A stretch of 62,443 nt of DNA, the filler included, from Rhabdomonas costata (lineage: Eukaryota): NCBI GenBank assembly GCA_019059605.1. It is 37 parts of 37 records of this genome, joined end to end, with 100 filler letters (N's around TTAATTAATTAA, not from the genome) between each part and the next. Parts side by side here need not be neighbours in the genome. Positions count along the whole stretch, not along the records: positions 49,018 to 50,607 come from JAHMHO010012474.1; positions 50,708 to 52,297 come from JAHMHO010012475.1; positions 52,398 to 53,987 come from JAHMHO010012476.1; positions 54,088 to 55,677 come from JAHMHO010012477.1; positions 55,778 to 57,367 come from JAHMHO010012478.1; positions 57,468 to 59,061 come from JAHMHO010012479.1; positions 59,162 to 60,750 come from JAHMHO010012480.1; positions 60,851 to 62,443 come from JAHMHO010012481.1; 29 more parts are not named here. One strand, given 5' to 3'. The notes below the pieces were generated by a model that saw nothing but the letters and a program-made list of their open reading frames with translations, had not been told where the DNA came from and did no database searches. The position numbers and the translations under genes were made by a program. This document shows, one piece after another, positions 49,100 to 61,890 of the stretch. The number at the start of each line of letters is the position of its first letter. Position 1 is the first letter of the stretch.

Positions 49100-50607
49100 G
49101 AGAAACACTCAAACGGCGGGGTCCTCGTCCACTTTCGAGACCTTGCAAAAAAACGCTCTTAAAAAAACGGAGCTCTTTATGTTTTTTTTTTCTTATTTTT
49201 TGGCAGGTTTCCCCATTGCTTCGCGGGCAGTAGTCGACGTTTTAAGACTTGATGCTTTCGGCAAACCCCAGATCAGGTTTTCCAAGTGGTTCCGAGTTCT
49301 CTAAGGCAAGGAAAAATCACAGGCGAAGAAAGTCTCCCTAAAACTCCTCGATGGAGCCTCTTCTACCTGATGTTAGGCAACAGCAAATAGCAACGACCAC
49401 TATACTTATGCGGCATTGTAATGAAATTGAGCGTGAGAAGTGCCAACACAGCAGAACAGCGATCACTACTCAGATTCTACACGGTTTCGACAAACCCTAT
49501 ATGACGTAAATAAAGCAGCGATGGAGTGCGCCGAAGGCTGAGGAATATATGGGCTCGGGCTTGACACTTCAAAAGCAAAAGTAAAAGCGCACCTCTTTTA
49601 GAAAGTCGTCGAAATGATCCACGGTGCACTCAGACGCAGCCACGGCTTTCAGCTCACCAGACGACGACCTGACAGGGGCGACAGAGGCCACTGCTAGCCT
49701 CACCCCCACTGTGTTGACCGAGGGCAGCAGAGAGGCGTAGACAGGAGCGAACGTCGCCGCATTGTTCGTGGCGGCGCCCGCCTTAAACCAAAGCTGAGAA
49801 GCAGTCCAAGCACAAGAGTGTCCTCGGCCACAAGATTACACCAAATACAACCAGTACAGACACCAGATTATTGATCAACCGGAGGCACTGGTCGCAGACA
49901 GAGAAGCGTTTCGCGCAGCGGAGGTCAACGGAGGTCAGTTGGAAGGCTTGACCTGTGTCAGGGATTCCGGTGTCAAATTTAACCCGCGAACTTCCGAAAA
50001 TGTGCGAGTCGGGGTGTTTGGGGGTCACCCACCACGTCCGCTTCAAAAAGGGGACGCGCATCTTTTGCTTCGTGGTCTTTGTGACATTTTCGCAAATGCT
50101 ACAAGACTCCCCCCAGAGGGAAGGGTCCAAAGCAAACGAGACTAGCTCTTGGTGCGGGTTCGTTCGGGAAGCGGAATTACACTCCTCGTGAACATTGTCA
50201 ATTAATTTGCATACTGCAGGTAATACTTCCAGACAAGCCCAACAAAAATTATTGCCCTTGTCCCACTTCCAAATGAAGTTCTGAGACAAAACCAGCGAGG
50301 AAGTGAGAAAAACCCCGCTAAGCAAGTATAAATACCCGGGCAGTGGCGTTGTAGGGCTGAGAGGTCAAGCTGATCTCTCCCACGCGGCCCAGCCAATAAG
50401 GGTCCTTCCACAACGCGTCCCCTATGCATAAGGGCTTCTGGGTCTCAACACTGTCATTGCAAACTGGAGTCGCAGGAAAACTCCCGAAGTGGAATCCCGT
50501 CATTCCATTGCTGAGGTCCCACATCAGAGCCCCGCTGGTAACGTCCGTATCGATACCCATGAACTCACCATTAGTGGTCCCCAAGAACATGCTGGTGGGT
50601 CCCCACC
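49044..50607 (-). CDS. dCache-type extracellular sensor domain of a receptor (cyclase or kinase), multi-exon, partial
   Basis: Exon ending 50336 (MFLGTTNGEFMG...QPYNATAR) splices to the exon from 49793 (LWFKAGAATNNAATFAPVY...VAPVRSSSGELKAVAAS), recreating the 'YDPRxRPWY...WSxVY...PV...G.L.GV' dCache pattern. The last exon from 49085 reads ISATLFEGTVAFLVE. Confidence 0.7.
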
Positions 50608-50707
50608 NNNNNNNNNNNNNNNNNNNNNNNNNNNNNNNNNNNNNNNNNNNNTTAATTAATTAANNNNNNNNNNNNNNNNNNNNNNNNNNNNNNNNNNNNN
50701 NNNNNNN

Positions 50708-52297
50708 GGGGGGTTGTCCTTCAGAAGGGCAGCCGCCGTCGGTCGCGCCGCCGGGTCCTGCGACATGCACTGCGAGACAAGCTCCACGCAAGCCGAGTTC
50801 GGGCACGGAGTGGGTCGCCCAGCGGGGCTGAACTTCGCGAGCACTTCACAGAGGCCCGTCCACTGCACCACGGCGAGGTCCTCAGCAATCAGACTATTCA
50901 CGCCAAAAGTCCCATAACCATTACTCACTCATAGGTCCAGATGTTGGAACCCACGTAATTTCATTGCCTCGACGCCACAGAAGAATGAGCGAAGGTGGAA
51001 CACAAAGTAGTAACTCATGCTCAATGCTTGCGATAAATTAGCCCTCGAGGCGAGCGGTAGACTAACCTCGGAGCGAACAAGAAAAGGACCCGATACTGGA
51101 TGAAAAGGGACAATGTACATACGCCTCCATGTCGAAGAGGTTCACTTCGGCCTTCAAGGGGTTCTCCTCAGACTCCGCTGACAACACAACGCCTTCCGGG
51201 ACCAACGGGAAAGCCCCCAGGGCACACTCCTTTTGCAAACGAGATATAAGATTTAGGGCAGATCGTTGTTCAAGAAAACAGAATGCACAGCGTCCAATTA
51301 CTGTTCTGCCACCGATCACACCGAAGGCAAAAAACGCAGGCATCGCAGACACGACTCACGTCCAGGGCAACGCAGCGGTCAAAAATGGACTTACCGCGCA
51401 GGTCAGTCCCAGACCCCAGATGTCCGCAGCAGCACCGTACGTCTGGCCACGGATCCGCTCCGGGCTCATATAGCACGTCGATCCCACCACGGACGACTTC
51501 ACGTAGGAAGCAGTGACGCCCTGTGGCCCCCCGAGCATGGTGGAGATCCCGAAGTCCGCGATCTTCACCGCACCGCTGCGGCTCACTAAGAGGTTCGACG
51601 GCTTCACGTCGCGGTGCAGGATGCCCTGCTGGTGCAGGTGGGCCAGCCCACAGCTCACCTATGGGAAGGTGATTATTGGGGACATTCATCACTTCTCTTG
51701 TTTTGTGGAGCACAGCACTCCTTGCTTCGGGTAACACACGAGGCAAGAGGCACAAAGTGTGCTTCAGCAGCCAAGGACGGAAAGAAGAAGCTCTTTCTAG
51801 CTGCAACCCGCTACCCACAGGAAAAAAAGACCTGTCTCATGAGCATCCCCAGCACATCCATCGGAACAGGGCCTGATTCCCGCAGCAGGCCGGCCACCGT
51901 GCCGGCATCCATGTACTCCATCACAATCTGCACCCAATGAATGGCAGCAGGAGGTTTCACGCCAGTGCTAGCTAAGATTAGATTCTGGAGGTGGATAGGT
52001 GAAAACCGGAGAGGAAAATGTTCATACTCATAGGCTGAGGTAATGCGAGAAAATGGTACCTGCGGTGCCAATCAGCATAAAGGCAGCCGACCTCACTATG
52101 GCACGTGCATACGCAGACAGACGTGCCTTCATCTGGTTGTCGACGAGAAAGACATTGTGGTAGGGCACAACGTTGCGGTGCTCCGACTGCACCAGCTTGG
52201 ACAGCACAATCGCCTCGGGTTTCCTACCGGACAGCTCGATGCACTTCAGAGCATAAGTCATCCCCGTGGAGAGGGCCATCACCTTCCACACCCACCC
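50708..52297 (-). CDS. MAP kinase kinase (STE7 family), 5 exons, partial
   Basis: Exons 52297-52127, 51927-51832, 51658-51395, 51229-51123 and 50893-50708. Motifs YALKCI, IVMEYMDAG, HRDVKPSNLL, KIADFG, YMSPERI, DIWGLGL, ECALGAFP and DPAARPTA. Confidence 0.92.
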
Positions 52298-52707
52298 NNN
52301 NNNNNNNNNNNNNNNNNNNNNNNNNNNNNNNNNNNNNNNNNTTAATTAATTAANNNNNNNNNNNNNNNNNNNNNNNNNNNNNNNNNNNNNNNNNNNNGGT
52401 GGGGTGGGGGTGAACGAATGCGCAATCTGTAAGATTTCACATGGACCTTTCCATGTTATTCATGGACCGAGAGTTTTTGAAGCTGAGAAATTGGTATTTC
52501 GAACTCAAATGGTACCGATGGTTTTATGTCGAAAAACTTTTGTTTTTGTTCACACAAATGGAATACACGCTGAATAAAGAAGATTTATGCGATCTGCGTC
52601 ATACTCTTTATATGGTCAGTACATCAGAAACATGTTCCCCTCCTTCGGAACATTGGGGCGCAGTGCACGAAGCACTGCAACGATTTGCGCCTTCTGTGCC
52701 GTAACAG

Positions 52708-52987
52708 CCCCGACCCCGCTGGAAATCTCGCAGGCAGATTTCCTCCCGTGCTACGTTGGGGAATACGTTTCCGAGCCTGAGCAGCAGCAGATGGGCATTG
52801 CTCAGAGCAAGCAGACCTTGAGCGTCTCCCTGCGGGGCACGACCGCCCCGGCCTTCATGGCATCAAGGAGCTCCTTTTTGGTCGCGGTTCCAGGTGACAT
52901 GCAGTCCACGTTTGCCCTGGCGGGGGAGAAGGGCGACCTCCTGGAGTTCAACCACATCACGCAGAAGGGGCTGTATTGGCATCGCCA
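52708..52987 (+). CDS. Internal exon of unknown protein
   Basis: GC-rich 280-nt island in AT-rich flanks, bounded by ACAG| and |GTAAGG, open frame ...QSTFALAGEKGDLLEFNHITQKGLYWHR. Confidence 0.45.
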
Positions 52988-54327
52988 GTAAGGCTCGCTT
53001 TTGGGGTGAAAGGATAATGGGAAATGGGTGATCTTTTGGGCATGATTAATGTATTAGAGTGAGAATTATGTTTGGGATGATAAGCTGTGCGAGAGATTTC
53101 TAGAGCATCAGGTCAGTACTCACATGGACACGGGTGTTGCGGTGCATCTTCGATGACGTGTACAAGTAGTGTGTTTATGTGCTGTTGGGTGTGATATAAC
53201 TCTCGGGGACTTTCCCCGATATGGATTTGGGGGACAGGGAAGACTGAACCTCGCTTCCCATGCATAATGTTCTCTCAGCCCGCTAGTATTATACTCGTAT
53301 GTTATGTCGGGTTACTCGTTGGTTATGTCGGGCTGACTCTTGTGCCCTTGTGTTGTTTTCGTACTCATTTAAGGATTTCAATCAGTCTTTTCCATGGAGA
53401 TATGCAAAGGCTCTTCAATGAATCACATTTTGATCTGCTATCACGTGACAGTGTTCACTTCACAGTGAATGCGGATATTTCTTTTGTTGGTTGGGTAGAT
53501 TGGGTTCATCGTGTCGTGTACCATTGCCACTTTTCCTGCGCAGATTCTGTGCATGAATCTGGGTATGAACAAATAGGCTCAACCTTTGAGGAGCAAAAGA
53601 GACACGGTCACATACATCGTTGTGATTGCGCCCACCCATGTTCAATTGTGTTTGCTGAATCTAAATCAAAGTTGAGTTTCTTGAACTCCTGCCTTCCAAT
53701 GAATGCAAACCAATGCGAAGGTATACTGCCGCACATGAGATTCTACTAATCTCCCAAGTATATTGGGAAACGTCGAGATATTTTGGCAACGCCCTGTGGC
53801 GACTGGCGATATGTTTCCTGTGCACTGTGCCCGTTCATGACCTTCCCTTTGTAACAACAACATTTAAAGATTTTAACCGAAACGACTGCCACACAGCGTG
53901 GGTCCCCATCTAAAGCTATCGGTCTTTAGCTATTTGGTCCGTCTTTCTCGTGCACACGCATCCCTTCAGTGCTCTTTCCCCAAACCCNNNNNNNNNNNNN
54001 NNNNNNNNNNNNNNNNNNNNNNNNNNNNNNNTTAATTAATTAANNNNNNNNNNNNNNNNNNNNNNNNNNNNNNNNNNNNNNNNNNNNTTTGGTTGTTTTG
54101 GGAAAAAAATATACTGATGGTTCCGACCATTGTGTGTCTGCGTGAGAGTTTGAGTGTGAGCTGATGCTGATGCTCCGGCACGGCCTGCATCTGAACTCCA
54201 TCAACTTACAACATCTTTCTAAATCAAAAATATAAATCGTGAAAACGCCCCGCAGCTCACTTTTTACGCACAAGGTAACTTGTATGCAAACCCAAGGAAA
54301 AATGCAAAGAAATGGAAAAAGACAAAC

Positions 54328-55225
54328 CTGGTAGAGCTGCACCACCTTCTCCACCCACTGGGGGGAGGCCACCAGCTTGCGCTGAGTGGCAACCTCGGCC
54401 AGGCGCTCCCTCAGCGCCGGCAGCGCAGCCACCCTCCGCACGTCGCACTCCGGGAAGACGTCCGCCAGCAGCGACAGAAACAGCGGGATGTCCTCGGGCA
54501 CCAACCGTGGGAGCACGGTGTGGGAGATGCTACTGAGCAGCAGGGCGGCTTCCTCAGCCACGGCAGACTCCGGCACCGCCCCCACGCCAGAGGAGGGCGC
54601 GTCCGCGCCCGCTTTCAAGGAGCCGCGGTTGAGGTTACCTGAGACCCAAACACATGAACCCGAAAACACGGAAGGCAATCTCGCGCTGGTACACACCACA
54701 TACCACGCTTCCCCACAGACACCTGAAGACCACAAGTCTTGCCCACGACAGTGTTTATGGGAAAGACTCTGATGCATCCCATCTCGTCTCCAGACCTGAG
54801 GGTCAACCATGCAGCTTCGAAATGGGATCGAAAAAGGTGACAAGAAAGTACCCAAGGCCACTTCTTTGCGTCACTGCCGCGCGCGTGACTTCCCCCTATG
54901 CGGGCTCCACTGTCTCAAATCAGTGTTGTCAAATCAGTGTTGCTCCCACACACACGTGCGTGAACGCAGACACACCAGCGCTGACAAGGACGGACTTGAG
55001 CGCGCGCAGTCCAAAGTCGTAGTGGCTCTGCCGCGACAGCTGGTCCGCGCAGAGCTGGAACAACGGCACCATCTTCGCGGCGAGGCGCTCCGCGGTGCGG
55101 AAGCCTTGGGAGAACAGCATCACCTGAGCAATCAGCTCGCGGTCGGGGCACACCATGGCCACACTGCGGAAAAGCACCTTGAGGTTGTCCGGGAGCTTCG
55201 ATCGCGCGGCGTAGTCCGGGTTCAT
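54328..55225 (-). CDS. DYNC1H1: Cytoplasmic dynein-1 heavy chain, AAA1 to AAA2 region (2 exons, partial)
   Basis: Exons 55225-54976 and 54638-54328: [20 protein letters not shown]...[15 protein letters not shown]...[20 protein letters not shown]...[20 protein letters not shown]...[10 protein letters not shown]. Confidence 0.95.
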
Positions 55226-57467
55226 CTGTGCGGGGCCCACACACAGCAGGTGCGCCACGCAAACAAATTCTGTATACATCCGAAACATGATATGCATGTG
55301 CTGGCGGACAGTGGACGCCGCGTGTACGATGACACGCTGCTTTCGAGTCTCGTTTCCTTTTTCACAAGAGATGGCGGTAACGTAGATATACCAGTAGCTG
55401 TATGGTTCGGCTTAGAGTGCATTTCTTCAGCTGAAGGATAACCGAACCACTTCGCTACTCACTTTGAACCAAGGAAGCGTTTCGACAAAGTTGTGCTTGT
55501 CGAATCAAATGTGGTGTCTACACCCACTGTCACGCGGATGTGCCATTCGTCGGCAAAGCAGCTTAGACTACCGCTGTGGCGATCTGAAATCCTTTCAAAT
55601 TTCTTCAAGTGTCTCTCCTCAAATCCCAAAAACCAGCCCATGGCATCGTATTGCAGGCGTAAGCCACTACAACCACANNNNNNNNNNNNNNNNNNNNNNN
55701 NNNNNNNNNNNNNNNNNNNNNTTAATTAATTAANNNNNNNNNNNNNNNNNNNNNNNNNNNNNNNNNNNNNNNNNNNNTGTTTTGCGGGATGTTGTTGTGG
55801 TTCCCCAGTGGGAGTGTGGTGCGCTCCCTATTCCAGTGTTAAACAAATGAGGTGCGTTGATGAGGATGACGCTGGATGTCCTCGACAAAGAGGATGCATT
55901 TTCTTCACCGGATGCGGAACATGCTTTTTTATGTGCAACACAGAGCCCACCACCGCGGGGATGCAAGAGAGAGACTCCGGGCACACTAGTGAGTCTTTCC
56001 TTTGTTGTATGCGGGAGTGTCTTCATGCACAGGCAGCACACACCTTCGGTCCCAGGGCGACGGATCCCGACCACTCGCCCTCCCCCACAGCACAAGATGG
56101 GGGCCCGTTGTAGCTCAGGTGGGCCACTTTCCGCAATCGCACAACATTGCTGCTGCCCATTAGGGGGGACAAGGTATCATCCGGTGAGCTCGGGCGCAAA
56201 GGCGCAGAATGGGGCCTTATCGCGGACATAGCACAGGATAAGCCCACAACGCGGGGCAGAAGATGACAGTTCAGAAAGATAGGGGGCGAAAAATGAGACG
56301 GTAAACAACGTTCAACACACAAGGATTACATCATGAAACGGAAACATGCTAAAATGTAATCAGAAACGACACACAACAGAAGTTCCCATCTGCACCCATC
56401 TGACGTAAGCATGGTCCGTGTTCGTGACAAAGGTGAGAACCGTTCGAATAAAAAACGTACAAGGACAAGGAACTTTTTACCCAACAAGTCCGAAATCGTG
56501 TACTATAGTGCACAGTTCATCCTTTCATTCATCCATTTTAAGGTGACACGGGCAATATTGCGGCGCGGGTGGTGTTAAGTGAAAATTGGCGATGAAGCAA
56601 TAAATAAATCCGTCAAAGGGGGCTGCGGAACCTCAGAGGCAAAACATGATTTAAAAGTCGTCCTAAAAACTTAGTAGTTCTAAAAAAACCACAAAAAATT
56701 CCGAAACTCGAAACTCCTATCAGGTAGCGAATCATGCGAGAAAACCTGCCATAGTGACGCCAGTGCGTTGTTGCATATAAATTTAACTAGAACCAAATGT
56801 TGTTCAAATGCAGCATTTCAAAGCAACATATTTCAAAGCAAACCGACTGTACAATACCTTCTGAACCACTAAAACTCTAAGTGTTAAAACACTGACGAAT
56901 CAGAAGCAAGAACAAGGAAGTATGTGAGAGATGTAAATCCTACCTGAACCACCGTTTCGCTGTTAATCTACTGCTGACCCCAAACACCCTTGACAACCGT
57001 TATCTCTTTTCGACGCGGAAAAGAACGATAAAAAGTGGAGGTTTGAAACGCAACCGACGACGCGCAAAAAAAGGGGGATATTGTATGTTTTGGGAGTGCT
57101 AAACGTAATTTGGTTTTTGAACCGTCAAACGATCGGTTCTTTTCTTAAGCTTCAAAGTCGTCTTCATGAGGGCACTGGCGCAGAAAATCTAACAGCCTTT
57201 CATCATAATAATCATCCAGTGATACTGGCACGTTTATCTAGCCTCCGTTTTCTAAGAATATACAAAACAATTTGTGCTAAAGGTGTAAAAGTCAAAAATA
57301 TGCAAGACCCCCTCCCAAGCCCGCCTCATTCATGACACGAGCAGGATACACTTGGGAACACCAAAACNNNNNNNNNNNNNNNNNNNNNNNNNNNNNNNNN
57401 NNNNNNNNNNNTTAATTAATTAANNNNNNNNNNNNNNNNNNNNNNNNNNNNNNNNNNNNNNNNNNNN

Positions 57468-57555
57468 TTGGGCGACGGGAGGGATGGGTACGGCAAAGAC
57501 TCTCAAAGAACTTCCAAAGAGGCTAATTGCTGTACCCATCCCTCCCGTCGCCCAA
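57468..57555. repeat. Contig-terminal inverted repeat, 29-bp arms
   Basis: 57468-57496 versus 57527-57555, with one mismatch near the loop. Confidence 0.92.
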
Positions 57556-57694
57556 AAGAACCGTCAACAAACGAGACACAAAGCTTGCAAACCTGCAAAA
57601 GTGTCAGATAGCTGGATTGAAGTTAAGTGAACATCTTGCTCGCCGCACGTCTTGGTAAACACTGGGAGGGAGGAGGAATGGAGAAATTGCACAC

Positions 57695-58193
57695 CTCTGC
57701 GGCCAGAACCGCCGCCGGAGAGAACGCATTCTGCCTGAAGCGGAAGGTCAGGCCCGCAGTGAGAAGGTACGGCGGAAAGGTCAGGGTGGACAAGCTCACC
57801 ACACTTGGCATCGTGAACTGCAAAGTGGACATGAGGGGCAACTAGTGGAAAGCATTTCTCTGCTCTATAATGACTATAAGTCGCCCCCCATGTTTGTGGA
57901 ACCTTGAAAGAAAGACCCCACCCCCTGCTCCGCCTGCACTCTGTTCTAGTCCTTTCCGCGGGGGAAATCACAACATAAGGGTACACTTCGTCAGGTGCAC
58001 AACCTGCAAGGAATGCGGGGCGCAGTTTCTGTCCGTCCTGACTAAACATGTATAAGTGACAAAGTGAGAGAGCATGAGAGCCAAGGGAAACAGCCAGGCA
58101 GACACCGAGGACCAAGCAAAGCTGGACACTGTCAGGTGGATGAGCCCCATACACTAATTTCACGAAAACGCTGGACACGGCTCGAGGAAGCCA

Positions 58194-58236
<43 letters not shown>

Positions 58237-58841
58237 CTTAGGAGCAGTTTACCGGCCGAAAATGACATTCGTCCAGGGGGGTATGACAGTTGTCCAAGCT
58301 CCCCCTCCCCTAACACATGCACACACTGCAAACTCTGCATGTACCAGCCACGACAGGCAAAGGGCCTTCCCTGACAGAACATGCATCGTGAACGTTGCGT
58401 GGTGCATGACAACGCAGCAACACACAATTGCAGACAGCGAGAAAAAATCCTTAAGCTAACTCCAAACAGGTCACTCTCACTTCGCTCCTCGTGAAAATCG
58501 AAGGCCCCAAGAGGATGGAGAAAACAACCGATTTCAATGGTTTCAACACGCAGAATTTGAATGGGAACGGAGGACCACAGGCAAACGGCAGCACCCAGGC
58601 CCGACTCCGACAAACAAACGGGAAATCAACTTCTTCAGTCAGCTTACCATATGTAAGATTTACTGTTGACTTAGGTCAGTCTTTCTTTGCTTCTGGAATC
58701 ATTACGGTGCTGTGATCCGCCTCACTCCCACGGTGGACTGCATACGTTGGGATTCGAGAGACATGTCCACAAGTAGGACACCGCTGCAGTCGTCGGAACG
58801 GTGCACTGGAAATCGGAGGTCAGAGCAGACGAGCCCAGGAT
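57695..58841 (-). CDS. REJ/PKD-module surface protein (2 exons, partial)
   Basis: Phase-0 exons 58841-58746 and 57841-57695: ...AAVSYLWTCLSNPN|...STLTFPPYLLTAGLTFRFRQNAF (REJ-like 'SYxWxC ... LxxPxxxLxxGxxYxFxL'). Confidence 0.5.
58195..58233. repeat. (CA)n microsatellite
   Basis: Direct inspection. Confidence 0.95.
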
Positions 58842-61800
58842 CTGAAACCAAACGAACGAACACAAGGTTACTTGCCTCACTTCCGTCCCCACCGAACCCT
58901 CCTGCTCCTATCCTCCTGTTAAATTTGGTTGGCTCCACAACATGACATTCCTGCTAAGCCTTCCCCCTCACCCCACCCACACCATCATGTCACTGCTCAG
59001 CACCTTGGAAAAAAAGCGCTCTGAAATCCACACCTACCGCTCAGCCTTCCCCCTGTGGTTCNNNNNNNNNNNNNNNNNNNNNNNNNNNNNNNNNNNNNNN
59101 NNNNNTTAATTAATTAANNNNNNNNNNNNNNNNNNNNNNNNNNNNNNNNNNNNNNNNNNNNTTTCCTTGCGTTTCTTCTTGTAAAAGCTGTTTTATGTTG
59201 ATCCCTGCTATTGCAAGAACCTTTGTGCCGCAGTGTCGTGTTTGTGTGCAGTATTGTGACTTTGATCGGCTAAAAAGAATACCGTAGCGTCAACGGGTCC
59301 TGAAGTGATAAATGCCTGGTAAATTATTGTGAACTCTGTCGCCTTGCTTCCGCAGGTTCTGTGCTTTTCTTTATGTTCTTTTTCTAGTGCCAGCTGAGCT
59401 CAGCTGTCCCCAACAATTTCCTTTCGACTTGTGACTCTGCATGTGTTAGCTGAATGGGAAGCCGATTCTCAGAAGTTGTTCGCCCTGAACCAAGCATCCT
59501 TGGTTCAATTGCATCACCTCGACCCGATCCCCTCGGTCCTCGTCCCAGCGTTGTCCCTGAACTGGAGTTCAACCGGGACCCGCAAGGCCGGCTACGTCGT
59601 CGGTTGTTCACCAAGACCTCACGTGACTTAATGGCAAAGAACCCACCAACAAGAGGGGCGGCCGGCCGTGTAATTGAAGTATCTGCTGCTTCAGGCTCTT
59701 TTGATGCGTGAACGTCTGAAAAGAAAACGAATGACATTAACTTGTGTATTCTGCTTTCAAAGAGTTTACTCAACCACTCGGCGTTGTTGTTCAACACTCT
59801 TTGATACACACCTTTTGACTTCCGTCCCTTTTCTTTGCGTTGAGAAAGTTTGAATGAATGCTTTGGATGGAGTCGCTGCATTTTCTCTATGCCCCTCCAG
59901 CCTTTCCACCTTTTGACTGCATACCCTGTCAAGTTGTTGAGATTCGTTGAGTTTTTAAATTTCCGTTGCATTCAGCCATAGAACAGCCTCCTTGGGAAAA
60001 CCCGTTTTCCTTCAGAGGTGCGCGTTTGCATGTTGAATTCAAGGAACAACCATCCTTGGTGCCGTGGTCTTTTGCGGTCACAGCAAGATGCTGTTGCTGC
60101 TGTGGCCTCGTTTTCTGTGCAGCGTTGACATACTTCATGGTGTAAATGCCCACACCACACATACCTCTGCGTGTTGACGTGCAACCCCTACCGCTTGCCG
60201 TGCCCTAAAGGACACCGCCTGCGTGTTTTCTGCTGTGCTTGCAGTTCTCCTTCAACTTGGTGACCCCCAAGTGACACGACTGCACTTTCTCGTTTGAAGT
60301 CAAACTTTTGCTTCGCGTTGTTCAGCTACCGCAGACGAGAGGCACAATTGTAGCCACAGGCCCAATTCCAGTAAAAGCTCTGCCGGACTTGGCAAAGCCT
60401 CTGCAATGCACGAAAACTCACAAAAAATAATGCCTTTCTTGTGTCACTTTTGAAGCAGTTCGGTGCATTACTCGTCACAATCAAACCTGCCATCGCAACA
60501 ACCACCTCTAGGAACGCTCCCAGGTTAAACATTTGAAAAGACAATAAATAAAAAACGCTAATAACGAGGCTTTAATCTTTTTCACTTCTTTTCTCTCATC
60601 TTTTGTCACCAACCGTTTTTTTTTACCTTTGCGGTGATGACACTGTGAACCTCCAAGGAAGCGGAACCAGCAGTGGTGCAGTAAAACTATTTTTCAACTG
60701 GGCATCTTCTCTAAGAGTGTGGCCCTCTGAGTTTGAATCCTCTTAGAGTTNNNNNNNNNNNNNNNNNNNNNNNNNNNNNNNNNNNNNNNNNNNNTTAATT
60801 AATTAANNNNNNNNNNNNNNNNNNNNNNNNNNNNNNNNNNNNNNNNNNNNGTTGGGGGTGGTGGTCACTTAGACCCCTGGGTGCACCCCTTGGCCTCAAA
60901 AACACCCACCTTTAGAACCCCCCGGTCATTTTTCGCGTGGGTTTATGGGTTTTGGTTTTTGGGTTCGCGTCTTCGGTATTTGGTATTTGGGTTCTGGGGT
61001 CTTTAGGTCTTCTGTATTCGTGCTCCCGAGTTGAGGATTTCGGTATTTCGCGTCTTTGGGTATTCGGGTTCGGTCTTTGCCTTCGTCTTCGGCCTTCGTC
61101 TTCGGGTTCCTTGAAGTCCTTCGGGATCTCACAGATACACAAAACAATGGGAGTAGGTTAAGCAAAACAACGCCGGACTGCACAGGCTGTAAGGGATATG
61201 ACACCCAATCATTCGATGATGACAAACGTAGCGACTGAATGGCAACGATGACTCGATAAGGATGCGGTCCGAAGCTTGATCACGACCATAGCGGCACGTC
61301 ACTGTACACGTGATGACATACCGATAGCACCCACAGAGGGCAGGATGGCACACGCATCATTAAGGCCACTGACACCTAGCGATGGTGGTGGTTGTGTATT
61401 ATCGGCACAGGTTGCTCACGTACACATACTACACCATGCGTTAGAGTGGAGGGTGAGCTGCTTCATCACGCCACAGGTTGGCCACGGTGATACAGCCCTC
61501 CATGTCAGTGTCGGTACTGGCACGCACAATGCCTACCACACTCATGGGTATAACAACCCTGTCAGTAGTGCGTTAGGTATCGTGTATGTCACTACCTACT
61601 GCATTCACCACACCTACGCTCTGGGTAGCATGGTAGGGTTGGTGGATCGAGTAGTAGGAGTGATGCCTGTGCTGACTCGGCGCTGTCAACTGGTGGAATA
61701 GCCCCAGGGGATGGCGTAGGTGGAAGTAGCGCTCCATCTACCATTATGCTGATGCCATGACCAGGCTACGCATAGTGACAGCAACCCACTACGATGGCAA

Positions 61801-61890
61801 TACCGATGCATGGATGAGCCCTGCCGGTAGGAGTAGTGACCAACCTCAACGTAAGCCCAACCAGCCGAAACCCCAAGGGTGGTATTCGCT

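Noticed and set aside
57564..58613. 349-aa ORF
   Set aside because: It reads through a (GT)n microsatellite and intron-like sequence. The protein-like exon is in another frame.
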